Virus record (IMG/VR): IMGVR_UViG_3300025534_000006
Location: 1-64,000 of that record
DNA: 64,000 bases
Origin: a virus
Lineage: Duplodnaviria > Caudoviricetes
Reading direction: 5' to 3' (one strand)
Shown: positions 36,429 through 46,063 of the stretch, piece after piece
Numbering within the stretch: position 1 is the stretch's first letter
How the letters are laid out: each line of letters begins with the position of its first letter
Position numbers and translations under genes: made by a program
Notes under the pieces: generated by a model
Databases searched by the model: none
What the model was told of the DNA's origin: nothing
What the model saw: only the letters and a program-made list of their open reading frames with translations

Positions 36429-37709
36429 TCAGAGCGGGACACAGACCTGATTGCCGTTGGGCAGCGTGCGACAGATGTACCCTTGCGGACACCGCGCCTG
36501 CGTGAGGCCGCTATCGGCCCACTGGGTGGAGGTGGCGATGACATTGCCCGACGGGTCATAGAGGACGAACGCCACGCAAGCCGGGTTGAGGTTGAAATCG
36601 TAGGTGTGGTCGGGATTACCAAGGTCGCCATTGCGCCCGAACACCGAGAGGTAGTGGGTACCGGCGTCAACCCAGAAGGTGATGCTGCCCGTGGTCTGAT
36701 TCGGCACTTCCCATGCCACGTCGATATTCGCATGGTGCGGTCCAAGCTGCTCGTCGAAGATCGTCGTGTTGTCGATTGCCACCCTCATGCAGTCGTCATA
36801 CCGGTATTCCATCCGGTAGACCCCCGAGACGGGAAAGTTGACGGGAACGGACAGGCCAACATCCGTGCCAATGAGTGTCGTTGCCTGCTGTGAGGGGAGG
36901 AACCAGATACCGTAAGTATTGGCGAACTCGGACCAAGAGTTCGAAGTGATGCGAAATGCGGTAAGGTACTCCGGGTTCGTGCCATCCGGGCCGGGCGGCG
37001 GCGGGATGCTGGCGTCGATCTCGAATTCAAAGGTGACGGTGCCCGATGTGGCGCTCCACCTGCCGCTGGGGTCGTTGGCGACGAAATACACCTCGACCCG
37101 GTAATGCCCCGTCCCGAGGGTATAGCTCACCGAGCCGCCGAGATGGTTGTTGGACGAATCGGCGGTATATGCGGAGCCGGTGGCATTGAGATGATATGGC
37201 GTGGCGGCGCTGGCTTGATCTTGGATCACGCCCGTCGGCAAGCCCGTGGACGACCAAAGGCGCGTGATCTTGGTATGCTGCACCACGTTGACTGTCGCTG
37301 GCATGACGGCGAACCGCGAAGGGAAGCGCACCACCGGGTAGCCGGGTGACAGGAACACCATATTGGCGGTCTCGGTGTAGGAGAGCCACGCGGCGGACAG
37401 CGTCATCGGCGAGGCGATGATTTCCAGAGACGGGATCGCCGACACGGTGCCAATGGTGAAGGGCTTGATGGGCTTGCCCTGCCCGAACATGCTCAGATTC
37501 GGCAGCGACACCGTACGGCCTTCCATGGCGGCGTGCGACGCGATGGCATTGATCAGGGCAGACCAGTGTGCGGCGGTCACGACGCTCCCCGCGCTCACCC
37601 TTTGGACCTCGGATGCAATTCCGCCGGACAGTTGGAAGATGGCGTGGTAGGTGTCCACGAGCGAGTTGAAGTCGCTGGCCTCGATGAGACCGTTCGTGGC
37701 GAAGGTCAT
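36429..37709 (-). CDS. Tail-associated protein with putative PA14-like domain and Cys-rich tip
   Basis: GVYRMEYRYDDCMRVAID; GTHYLSVFGRN; ends CPQGYIC...VCVPL. Confidence 0.55.
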   Translation of the reverse strand: MTFATNGLIEASDFNSLVDTYHAIFQLSGGIASEVQRVSAGSVVTAAHWSALINAIASHAAMEGRTVSLPNLSMFGQGKPIKPFTIGTVSAIPSLEIIASPMTLSAAWLSYTETANMVFLSPGYPVVRFPSRFAVMPATVNVVQHTKITRLWSSTGLPTGVIQDQASAATPYHLNATGSAYTADSSNNHLGGSVSYTLGTGHYRVEVYFVANDPSGRWSATSGTVTFEFEIDASIPPPPGPDGTNPEYLTAFRITSNSWSEFANTYGIWFLPSQQATTLIGTDVGLSVPVNFPVSGVYRMEYRYDDCMRVAIDNTTIFDEQLGPHHANIDVAWEVPNQTTGSITFWVDAGTHYLSVFGRNGDLGNPDHTYDFNLNPACVAFVLYDPSGNVIATSTQWADSGLTQARCPQGYICRTLPNGNQVCVPL

Positions 37710-37712
37710 GGC

Positions 37713-38906
37713 TTACTTCGCTCCGATGACGGCGAAAACGAGCCCCTCGTCCTCGTCGTCCTTGTCCTCAAGGCACCAGCCGACCGAACCAATCACCATC
37801 CGAAAGAGCGCCTCCACGTTATCGGCGAGATCGGCGTCCTTCCCAATCGAGGTCGCCACGCCCGGCACGTCGCTCACCACGAGCCGGTCGCCCTTGCGCG
37901 CCTTGCCGGTCACGCGGACGCGGACCCGCCCAGCAAGGCAGATTGGCGGATGGGTGATATCGGACCCGGCTCCGGCATTCATCAGGTAGGCGGGCCGCTC
38001 CGATACGACGCCGAGGCATCCGTCATTCGGACCGGTCGTCTGGGTGACCTCCTTGGCGCCGCCGATCTTCACCAGCGTGCCGACCGGGTACGGCTGATCG
38101 ACCTCGTATCGCTCCGCCAAGTCGGCATAGAGCGCCTGCGTGGCCGTGCCGTTGAAGGTCGTCGCATAGATGGTGTTGAACTTGTTCGTGGCCGTGCCGA
38201 GATCGCCGGAGTAGGGACCTTGCCGGTTGAGGTTGTTGACATCGTTCTTGATGATGAAGTCGCAGGCGGTCGGGTTGATGACCCTGATGTCTCCTTGCAG
38301 TTCCAAGGACTGGACCCGCAGCTTCTTTTGGACGATGAGGTCGCCTTCGACCGTAAGGTCGCCCGTGATCGTGCCGCCTTCAATGTCGAGCTTGTCGGAC
38401 GGATCGAAGTTCCCGGCGTGCCAGACGGGATAGTTGCCGATCTTCAACGTGCCGCCGCCGACGGAGAGATCGCCGCCACTTTGCTGTAGCGTTACCAACT
38501 CGCGGTCGGGTGCGTGCAGGAACTCGATCCGCGCGGTACCGTCTAGCCGCACCAGCGTCAAGATGCCGTCGCTGTGCAACTCCACCCGGTCGGTGCCATT
38601 GGTCACCTTGAAGGAGCCGCTGATTTCGGAACGGTTGGTGAGGAGTTCCAGCCACTCGCCACTGGTTGTGCGCAGCTTGAGGCTGTCGAAATTGGTGTCA
38701 AACCAAAGCATACCGCTGACCGGATTGCCCGGCGGTGCGATGCCTGCGAAATTCTCAAGCAGGTACAGCGTGTTCTGGTTTACGGCCGGTCCGAAATTGA
38801 CCGAGCCGCGACCGATGAGGGTGATCGGGACAACGCCGTCCAGAAGGGTATTATCCGGAACATTGGCAACGAGGGTGCCGTCCCGGTGGGTGATTTGATA
38901 GGTCAT
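37713..38906 (-). CDS. Tail fibre/baseplate protein (paralog of 34860 N-terminus)
   Basis: ITLIGRG..FG...NQN..YLLENFAG..PP; ATQALYADLAERYE; PAYLMN; LAGRVRVRV. Confidence 0.8.
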   Translation of the reverse strand: MTYQITHRDGTLVANVPDNTLLDGVVPITLIGRGSVNFGPAVNQNTLYLLENFAGIAPPGNPVSGMLWFDTNFDSLKLRTTSGEWLELLTNRSEISGSFKVTNGTDRVELHSDGILTLVRLDGTARIEFLHAPDRELVTLQQSGGDLSVGGGTLKIGNYPVWHAGNFDPSDKLDIEGGTITGDLTVEGDLIVQKKLRVQSLELQGDIRVINPTACDFIIKNDVNNLNRQGPYSGDLGTATNKFNTIYATTFNGTATQALYADLAERYEVDQPYPVGTLVKIGGAKEVTQTTGPNDGCLGVVSERPAYLMNAGAGSDITHPPICLAGRVRVRVTGKARKGDRLVVSDVPGVATSIGKDADLADNVEALFRMVIGSVGWCLEDKDDEDEGLVFAVIGAK

Positions 38907-38932
38907 GGCACCGAGGAATTAACTGGTGCTCT

Positions 38933-38939
38933 TATTTAG
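38933..38939 (-). promoter_or_regulatory. Late promoter TAAATA
   Basis: CTAAATA upstream of 38906. Confidence 0.6.
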
Positions 38940-38981
38940 CGAACGGATATGGACGGAGTTTAAGCGCCCCTTCCAATGCCG

Positions 38982-39020
38982 ATGCGGCCTCCATGATCGG
39001 CGGGATCACGGAGGCCGCAT
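38982..39020. repeat. Inverted repeat between nrdA and tail cluster
   Basis: ATGCGGCCTCC..GATC..GATC..GGAGGCCGCAT. Confidence 0.6.
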
Positions 39021-39038
39021 GGTGCGCATGGTCTCAAA

Positions 39039-39065
39039 GGATTGGCCGGAAGCCCCGGCCAGTCC
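39039..39065. terminator. Hairpin immediately after nrdA
   Basis: GGATTGGCCGG / CCGGCCAGTCC. Confidence 0.55.
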
Positions 39066-39072
39066 CGTCAGG

Positions 39073-41529
39073 TCAGGTGCAGGATTCGCAGATTTCGGCG
39101 TTTTCCGGCGCCATCGGCTTCGCAGTGACAACCTGCGTGGTCACCTGCTCGATGCGGGAAGCCGCCCGGCTGCGGAAGTAGTAGGTCGTCTTGATGCCCT
39201 GCTCCCATGCGTACATGTACAGCGACGAGAGGACGCCAATCCGCTTGTCGTCTGGGTACTTGTTCAGGTCGATGAACAGGTTGAGTGACTGGGATTGGTC
39301 GATGAAGGCACCGCGTGCGACCGCATGGCCGATGAGCTTCTTCATGCTCATCTCCCACACCGTCTTGTACAGGGCGCGCATATCGTCGGGGAGGTTCGGG
39401 ATGTTGGCGATGGAACCTTCGTCCGTCTTGAGGCGGTTGATGGTATCCGCATCCCAGCGGCCGATCCGCTTGAGGTCCTCGACGAGGTACTTGTTGATGG
39501 CGATGAACTCACCCGACAGCGTCTCGCGCTTGAGCAAGTTTGATTTGATCGGCTCGACGCACTCCTCGACCCCGCAGATATGCGAAATCGTGGCGGTCGG
39601 CGCGATGGCGATCAGCAGGCTGTTGCGCAGGCCGTGCTCCATGATCTCCTTGCGCAGCGCGTCCCAGCGCGCCGGGTCGGATGGCGTCACACCGGCAAGA
39701 TCGAACTGCAAATCGCCCTTCGCCGCGCGCGTCAGGTGGAAGTCCCGATGCGGCCCGAACTTCTTCGCAAGATCGCAGGATGTCTTGAGCGCCTGATAGT
39801 AGATTTCCTCCTGAATTTCCGCAGACAGGCGGATCGCCTCGTCGCTCTCAAAGGGGAGGCGAAGCTGGAACAGGAAGTCCGCGAAGCCCATCAGGCCCAG
39901 ACCCACCGGACGCCAGCGATTGTTGGAAGCGGCGGCCTCATGGATCGGGTAGTAGTTGCGGTCGATCACGCGGTCGAGAAATTTGACGGCCGTCGCTGTA
40001 TTCTTCCGGAGCTTCTCCTTGTCGAGCTTGCCGTTCTTGATGTAGCCGCGCCCGATGTTGATCGAGCCGAGGTTGCAGACGGCCGTCTCCATGCCGGTGA
40101 TCACCTCGAAGGCATCCTGCGCGACGTTGAATCCTGTGACGCGGATGTTCTTCTCCACGAGATCGGCGGCCGTGGTCGCCATCATCTCCTCGCGGGTCAT
40201 CAGGTGCTTACGGCCGCACGACACCACCTCAAGGATTTCGGTGCAGAGGTTCGACAGCTTGATCGTGCCGCCCTCGCCGACCTGATTGCCGCGACGGTTG
40301 CAGGTGTCGGCGAAGCACATCCAGCCATTGCCGGTCTCCGCCAGAGTCCGCATCATGCGCGCGTAAATCTTGCGGGCGGGAAGCTGCTCGACGAACTTGC
40401 CTTCGGCCTCAAGCTGCGTGTAACGCGCAACGAAGGCGTCACCGTAGAGGTCGGGCAGGTCGGGAGCGACGGTGGGATCGATCAGCGACCACATGGCGTC
40501 CGCCTTCACCCGCTCCATGAACAGGTCGGGCACCCAGTTCGCCAAGTTGAGGTTGTAGGCGCGCCGCTCTTTCTCGCCCGCATTGTCGCGAAGCTCAAGG
40601 AACTCCATGATGTCCGGATGCCACGTCGGCAGATACACGCAGGCCGCGCCCTTGCGCTTGCCGCCCTGATTCACGGCAGCCACGGAACCCGACATGGTGT
40701 GCAGCCACGGCACGATGCCATTGCTCTTGCCGTTGGTACCACGGATCAGGGCGCCCTTTCCACGAATGCGCGCCGCCGATACACCGATGCCGCCCGCATA
40801 CTTCGACAGGGCCGCCATATCGCCATACCGCTTGTAGATGTCGTCGAGGCTGTCGATGGGGGAATCGAGGAGGTAGCAGGACGACATTTGCGAGTGTCGC
40901 GTGCCCGAATTGAACAGCGTCGGCGTCGAGGTCATGTATTCCAGCGAGGAGAGCAGCGTGTAGAGTTCGATGGCCTCCGCCGCCGTGTCTGCCAGACCGC
41001 AGGCGACACGCATGAAGAAGTACTGTGGCGTCTCGATGACGGCGCGCTGCTGGCCGGAGACCGTCACGGTCGGATGCTTGAGCAGGTAGCGGTCATAGAC
41101 CGTCTGGATGCCGTGGTACTCGAACAGCCAGTCACGCTCATGGCGGATCGCCGCGTCGAGCTTGCGACGGTTCTTCATGACGAGGGCATGGGTCTGCGCG
41201 CTGATGAGGCCCTGATCGAACCCGGTCTGGATGCACTGAGAGAAGGACTGAATGTCCAGCCCGCGAACCTCCTTCTGGATCACCTCGGCGAGGATGCGCG
41301 CCGCAACCTTGCTGTAGACCGGGTCCTCGATGATCAGGCCCGCCGCCGTCCGGATGGACAGCAGGTCAAGCTCGCGCGTGCTGACACCGTCCACCAGACC
41401 GCCGACGGTCTTGCTGGCGATGCGATACGGATCGACGTTGGGGAGATCGGCGCAAACGCGCGTGATGGAGTTTACGATCTTGTTCAGATCGACCGGCTCA
41501 AGCGCGCCGGATCGCTTACGAACCTGCAT
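39073..41529 (-). CDS. nrdA: Ribonucleotide reductase class Ia alpha subunit with ATP cone
   Basis: VRKRSG ATP cone; TPTLFNSG, SSCYL, SNLCTE, CNLGSIN, APTATIS, KTTYY; C-terminal CESC. Confidence 0.97.
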   Translation of the reverse strand: MQVRKRSGALEPVDLNKIVNSITRVCADLPNVDPYRIASKTVGGLVDGVSTRELDLLSIRTAAGLIIEDPVYSKVAARILAEVIQKEVRGLDIQSFSQCIQTGFDQGLISAQTHALVMKNRRKLDAAIRHERDWLFEYHGIQTVYDRYLLKHPTVTVSGQQRAVIETPQYFFMRVACGLADTAAEAIELYTLLSSLEYMTSTPTLFNSGTRHSQMSSCYLLDSPIDSLDDIYKRYGDMAALSKYAGGIGVSAARIRGKGALIRGTNGKSNGIVPWLHTMSGSVAAVNQGGKRKGAACVYLPTWHPDIMEFLELRDNAGEKERRAYNLNLANWVPDLFMERVKADAMWSLIDPTVAPDLPDLYGDAFVARYTQLEAEGKFVEQLPARKIYARMMRTLAETGNGWMCFADTCNRRGNQVGEGGTIKLSNLCTEILEVVSCGRKHLMTREEMMATTAADLVEKNIRVTGFNVAQDAFEVITGMETAVCNLGSINIGRGYIKNGKLDKEKLRKNTATAVKFLDRVIDRNYYPIHEAAASNNRWRPVGLGLMGFADFLFQLRLPFESDEAIRLSAEIQEEIYYQALKTSCDLAKKFGPHRDFHLTRAAKGDLQFDLAGVTPSDPARWDALRKEIMEHGLRNSLLIAIAPTATISHICGVEECVEPIKSNLLKRETLSGEFIAINKYLVEDLKRIGRWDADTINRLKTDEGSIANIPNLPDDMRALYKTVWEMSMKKLIGHAVARGAFIDQSQSLNLFIDLNKYPDDKRIGVLSSLYMYAWEQGIKTTYYFRSRAASRIEQVTTQVVTAKPMAPENAEICESCT

Positions 41530-41611
41530 CAAATGCCCTCTGAAATGGCTTCAAGTTTTGGAAACAGATTTATGAAGATTGGTCAGGCCACAGGACGCAT
41601 CGTCAGATGCG

Positions 41612-41806
41612 CTATGCAATAACTGCATCCCATGTGAACGGGCAAAGAACCAACCCAATAGGCTCCCCGGTCTGATCGGGGTAATCGCGCCGCATTGCCT
41701 CGACGATCTCCGCCGGGGGCGCGGTGCGGGCCACCCCGTCCGCGTACAATGCTTCCCACATTTTGCGATAGCGATTGGCAGCCGGGATAGTGTGGTAATT
41801 GGTCAT
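41612..41806 (-). CDS. Hypothetical small protein
   Basis: ORF in - run. Confidence 0.4.
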   Translation of the reverse strand: MTNYHTIPAANRYRKMWEALYADGVARTAPPAEIVEAMRRDYPDQTGEPIGLVLCPFTWDAVIA

Positions 41807-41846
41807 AATGACTCAAATATCCGTTCTGTTACAAATTCGCGGCGGA

Positions 41847-42299
41847 TCAGTCGCCGATGCCGGTGTATCCACGGCCCGACCACTGCCATTCGCGGAGCAC
41901 GACATTCGCGGTCGGGGGATAGGGTACGACTACGCCGTAATGGTAGTTCAATGCCCACACCGTGTCAATGCGGAGAACCAGACCGGATTCCTGCGCCGCC
42001 CGGTCGATGAACACCCGAAGCGTCATCCGTTTCGGGTCCCAGCCGGACAGACGGAGGGTCTCGGCCATCCCGATGGCGACCGACTGGCGGCACCACTGCC
42101 CGGCATGGATCATCTCCCAGATCGTCGGCCACGTGTCCGGCGCCTCGGAATCGTAGGCGAGCTTTACCAGCGGAGCCTTGGCCCAATACGCGGCCACCGC
42201 GTCCAGTTGCTCGGCCTCCGTCATGTCCGGCAGGGCGCGGCGGAACGCCTTCCAGTCGTTCAGCCTCTCGGCTGGCGACAGGAGAAAGGGATTGATCAT
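41847..42299 (-). CDS. Jumbo-phage-type hypothetical protein
   Basis: RLNDWKAFR...WAKAP...WPTIWEMI. Confidence 0.7.
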   Translation of the reverse strand: MINPFLLSPAERLNDWKAFRRALPDMTEAEQLDAVAAYWAKAPLVKLAYDSEAPDTWPTIWEMIHAGQWCRQSVAIGMAETLRLSGWDPKRMTLRVFIDRAAQESGLVLRIDTVWALNYHYGVVVPYPPTANVVLREWQWSGRGYTGIGD

Positions 42300-42322
42300 G
42301 GCATGGCTCCCGCGATGAGCCG

Positions 42323-43441
42323 TCAGGCGGTCACGGTGGTCTGCAACTCGGTGCGGGCGACGGTCACGGAGACCGGCCCAATGGTGGCGGTCGCTCGCAG
42401 CGTGACGGTTCCGCTGACGGCGCTGACCGAGAAGGTCGCGAGTTCGTTGCCGCCGGTCGTGAGGAAACCGTACTCGGTCAGGTGCGCATTGGTCCCGTCG
42501 GTCACGAGCAGCAATTCGCTGACCTGCGTCCCGTGCTGCCCACCATAGACGGTGATAACGTACTTGGCGGACGCACTGATCAGGTTATTGTCGCCAAAGG
42601 AGTCGATCACCGTGTCGGCGCCGCTGACAAACAGCGTGTTGGTGACAGCCCCGTTGTCGGTGTCGTTCTCGGGTGCCCGCGCGGGCGCACGAGCGTAGTT
42701 CAGAGGCGTGTAGGCGACATTGTTCGGGCTGGCACGCTCGACGCGGAAGCACATGATGGGATTGATCGGCAGCAGGTTGCGATACTGGATGACGACGGTC
42801 TGGGCACCGCCATCGGCCACGACACGGGCACGGAAGGCAATGTCGCCATATGCCGATGTCGCGTCGGTGGGATCATCCGCATTGCCGAGGTCCACGCGCC
42901 GCAGCATCGTGGCCTCGTCGGTCAGCAGCGGGGTGCTCGCCCCGCCGGGATGCAGCACGGTAAGGCGGCCGGTGCGGATCGGCGTATTGCCATCGAACAG
43001 GAAATACGTGACCTGTGCGCTGGTCAGCACGCCGACCAGCGCGATCTTGAAGGGCACCTCGCCGACGCCGTTCTCCTCGGCCAAGGTCAACGTGCGCCAG
43101 TCGGTGTCGTCATGGGGGTCGGTGTTGATGAGCGCATTCGTGGTCATGAAGGCCGTTTCCACGATGCGGTTGTAGCCGTCGAATGCCCGGCGCAGCAGCA
43201 GCGTCGAATTCTCGGTCAGGACCTCGATGTTCTGGTAGGGAAAGGTCGCGCGCTTGAAATTGGCGTCACCTTCCTGTGGATCATGGCCGATGAACACCCG
43301 GCCGGTATCGGTCGTGAAGGCGATTTCGCCGATGTCGAGGCCGGGCGAGAACTCAAGCGGGCTGGTCGAGGTGGGCGCGCCGGGCAGATCGCGCTCTGGT
43401 CCGCGTCGAAGCTGAATCTTGCTGATGTGAATCTGCGCCAT
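42323..43441 (-). CDS. Virion structural protein (tail-associated)
   Basis: MAQIHISKIQLRRG..RDLP...GEIAFTTDTGRVFIG...NIEVLTE; late promoter upstream. Confidence 0.7.
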   Translation of the reverse strand: MAQIHISKIQLRRGPERDLPGAPTSTSPLEFSPGLDIGEIAFTTDTGRVFIGHDPQEGDANFKRATFPYQNIEVLTENSTLLLRRAFDGYNRIVETAFMTTNALINTDPHDDTDWRTLTLAEENGVGEVPFKIALVGVLTSAQVTYFLFDGNTPIRTGRLTVLHPGGASTPLLTDEATMLRRVDLGNADDPTDATSAYGDIAFRARVVADGGAQTVVIQYRNLLPINPIMCFRVERASPNNVAYTPLNYARAPARAPENDTDNGAVTNTLFVSGADTVIDSFGDNNLISASAKYVITVYGGQHGTQVSELLLVTDGTNAHLTEYGFLTTGGNELATFSVSAVSGTVTLRATATIGPVSVTVARTELQTTVTA

Positions 43442-43472
43442 GACCGGCTTACCACTCTCTTGGATTGCTGCG

Positions 43473-43479
43473 TATTTAT
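43473..43479 (-). promoter_or_regulatory. Late promoter TAAATA overlapping exonuclease stop
   Basis: ATAAATA upstream of 43441. Confidence 0.55.
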
Positions 43480-44159
43480 GCCGCCATTTTCTGGTGGAAG
43501 CTGACGACGCGGTCATGCCACTGCCCGCAGTAGTCGTCGAACTCGACGCCTTCGATCACGTACTGCACGAACTCGCAGTCGCGGGACACCATGAAGATGA
43601 CACCGGTCTGGATGTTGGTATCGAACAGCAGGTTGTGCGCCAGCGCGTAGGCCGCGAGTTGGCAGAAGTAATTCGGGATGTCCGCCTTCTTCTTGATCTT
43701 CTTCGCCGTCTTGAAATCCATGATCGCGGGCTTGCCCTTATAGACGCCCACCAAGTCGGTGGTGCCCGCATAGAGTTCGGGGAAATGCAGTGCCACCTCG
43801 ACACCCCAGACCTCGTCCACATCGCACAGGCCGCGTGCGATGATGGTATCCGCCATGCGCTGCGCCATCTGGCGGACGAGATTGTTGCCCCTCGGCCGGT
43901 CGATGCCCATGATGTGCTTTTCGAGATGTTCATGCATCAGCGAGCCGAGCCCGGTGGCCTCGTCGCGCGCATCCTGCGCCTTTTTCGCGCCTACGCGGGC
44001 CTCCCATTCAAGGAGCTTGGTCTTGTCCTCCGTGGCGGAGAGGATGGTGGTGACGGAGGTGAGATGGGCGCCTGTATCGGGGCAGACGTAATAGCGGGTG
44101 CCATCGTCGAGCGTCACTCGCTCGATCTCGCGGTATGGGTACAGTCTTTTCAACAGCAT
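43476..44159 (-). CDS. PD-(D/E)xK exonuclease
   Basis: SVTTILS, GSLMHEHLE, YAGTTDLVG, IMDFKTA, QLAAYALA. Confidence 0.85.
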   Translation of the reverse strand: MLLKRLYPYREIERVTLDDGTRYYVCPDTGAHLTSVTTILSATEDKTKLLEWEARVGAKKAQDARDEATGLGSLMHEHLEKHIMGIDRPRGNNLVRQMAQRMADTIIARGLCDVDEVWGVEVALHFPELYAGTTDLVGVYKGKPAIMDFKTAKKIKKKADIPNYFCQLAAYALAHNLLFDTNIQTGVIFMVSRDCEFVQYVIEGVEFDDYCGQWHDRVVSFHQKMAA

Positions 44160-44298
44160 TCTGAAATCCGGTAGGGCTGAAATCGGCCTATCCTAACCAC
44201 GTTGGAGCCGTCAGGCCAAGCCTGTTCGCGCAAACCGAAGAAATCCGGCTGACCACGATTATTTTCTGGTGGCTGGCTGAACCCGGCCTTTCATGCGT

Positions 44299-45081
44299 TC
44301 AGGATCGAAGGGCCTTGATCAGCCAGTCGTAGAAATCCTTGACCGTGTTGATGCCGTCCCGGCCCTTGATGATGATGGAGGCCGGGTCGAACACGAAATA
44401 GGTGTGGCCGTCCATGGTTCCGGCGGCTCGCCGGGTGGCGGTATCCTCTTTGAAGCGCACGCCCGTGTAGCCGCGCGCCTTGAGAGCATCGACGAATTCC
44501 GGGCGGTCCAGCAGCCACCACCAGCGATGGATGGGAATGCGAGTGTATTTCTGGCCGTCACGGGCAAGCAGGTCGAGACCGAGGCGGACGATATCACGCG
44601 GTGGGCTGGCGGCGTCGAGGATATGAGTGGCGTCCACGTAACAGGTCAGGAGTCGGTAGTTGGCGCTGCCATCTGCACGGTTCGCGCCGAAGTAGTGCGC
44701 CAACGGCTTCGAATCGGTGAGAAAGATGCCCTGATTGTCCACGCTGTAGGTCGCGCCCAAGAAGCCGAGGCTGCGCTGTCCCTTGGTCAGTCGGAAGCCG
44801 TCCTTCTGGATGAGGTCGGCGACCTCGTGCGGGGTTCCGTGGTAGAGTTCGATGTAGCCGGGGCCGGGCCGGTGGGAGGCCGCGATAACGGCCTGCATCA
44901 CGTCGTTCAGGTCTTTGACCTGATCACGCGGGACCTTCTTGATGGACGCCATGAAGGCGTCGAAAGAGGAGAGGTCCATGCCCCGCGTCAGGGCGTGAAG
45001 ATCGGCACCGGGCGGTACCGGGATGGTCGAGCCAGACAACGCCCGCTCGACCAACGCGATGTAATACGCAAGGTGCCGCAT
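44299..45081 (-). CDS. ART-PolyVal-like ADP-ribosyltransferase-fold protein with leader
   Basis: MRHLAYYIALVER; LYHGT, GIFLT, YFG, LKARGYTGV, YFVFDP. Confidence 0.7.
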   Translation of the reverse strand: MRHLAYYIALVERALSGSTIPVPPGADLHALTRGMDLSSFDAFMASIKKVPRDQVKDLNDVMQAVIAASHRPGPGYIELYHGTPHEVADLIQKDGFRLTKGQRSLGFLGATYSVDNQGIFLTDSKPLAHYFGANRADGSANYRLLTCYVDATHILDAASPPRDIVRLGLDLLARDGQKYTRIPIHRWWWLLDRPEFVDALKARGYTGVRFKEDTATRRAAGTMDGHTYFVFDPASIIIKGRDGINTVKDFYDWLIKALRS

Positions 45082-45082
45082 A

Positions 45083-45676
45083 TCAGGCCGGGCGCTGAGT
45101 TCCGGGCGCGAAATCGAGGCGCAGGATGTTAATGGGCGACCCGGCCACGTGTGTGATCTCGCGCTCCTCCTCCCACCAGAACATAGCACGGGCGAGAGAG
45201 GTGGTCCAATCCACATTCTCATTACGAACCTGAGCGTAGAGAATGTGGCCGCCGCGATGGGCGGTGTGTGGGTTGGGCTCGGCGCCATAGGACCAATGCA
45301 CCCCGAGTGGTCTCGCTAGGTCGGCCGTTTTCGTGAGCCGCCGGGTGATCGGAATCACGTCTAATTTGGACGCCTCTGCAAGTGCGCGCCGGGCATAGGT
45401 GATCAGTGGCCCAAGATACTCCGCGACCATGGCAACCTGATGGTCCGTAAGCTCCTCGAAGGTCTGGGGCAGTTGCGGATCAAGCGGCTCGCCATGTTCG
45501 TCCTCGCCCCAGTCGATTTGGTCCCAATGGCCTTCCAGCACGTCGCGTAGGTCATCGACCTCCACATAGGCGCGCACCACGTCCTCGACAGTGACTAGGT
45601 CGAGAGATTTGTGTGCCATTGTGCGGCGGGTGACCGCTTCGACTAGATCAATCAGACTCCGGAGGTCGTGCGTCAC
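45083..45676 (-). CDS. Putative R-S-E-type ART-fold protein with leader (resembles 18922)
   Basis: DLRSLIDLVEA; ITRR, LGVHWS, VDW..SL, EEEREI. Confidence 0.5.
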   Translation of the reverse strand: MTHDLRSLIDLVEAVTRRTMAHKSLDLVTVEDVVRAYVEVDDLRDVLEGHWDQIDWGEDEHGEPLDPQLPQTFEELTDHQVAMVAEYLGPLITYARRALAEASKLDVIPITRRLTKTADLARPLGVHWSYGAEPNPHTAHRGGHILYAQVRNENVDWTTSLARAMFWWEEEREITHVAGSPINILRLDFAPGTQRPA

Positions 45677-46038
45677 GGTTTGTCCTGAATTTCTTTCTTG
45701 GCCTGCTTGCGGGCCTTGTCCTTAATCCGCTCGATCTCGGTTTCGGCCTGCTTGTCGCTGGTCTCCCGCTCCACTCCCTTGCCCTCGGTCGGGGTCAGGT
45801 AGATGCGGTCGCCCTCGATCTTCGAGACGGCCTTGATCCGAGACGGATCGAGCAGGTCGAGCACCAGCGCCCGGTCAACCACGATGCCGGGGCGGGTATG
45901 GCGAAGCTCGTCCACCATCTGCTGCACCGTCACGAAGGGCAGCTTGTGGGCGATCATCGGCGTGAGGATGTCGAGGGCAGCCTGTAGCAGGCTGCCCTTT
46001 ACATCCAGACCGTCTTGAAAGAGTTCCCAAAGGAGCAT
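45673..46038 (-). CDS. Putative head-associated protein
   Basis: MLLWELF start; in late operon. Confidence 0.6.
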   Translation of the reverse strand: MLLWELFQDGLDVKGSLLQAALDILTPMIAHKLPFVTVQQMVDELRHTRPGIVVDRALVLDLLDPSRIKAVSKIEGDRIYLTPTEGKGVERETSDKQAETEIERIKDKARKQAKKEIQDKP

Positions 46039-46063
46039 GGCCGGGGAGGGGGCTCGCGCCCCC

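Noticed and set aside
39580-41622. 680-aa + strand ORF (and similar long antisense ORFs at 53389, 46037, 31637, 27852)
   Set aside because: Shadow frames of clear - strand genes, caused by high GC3; no motifs
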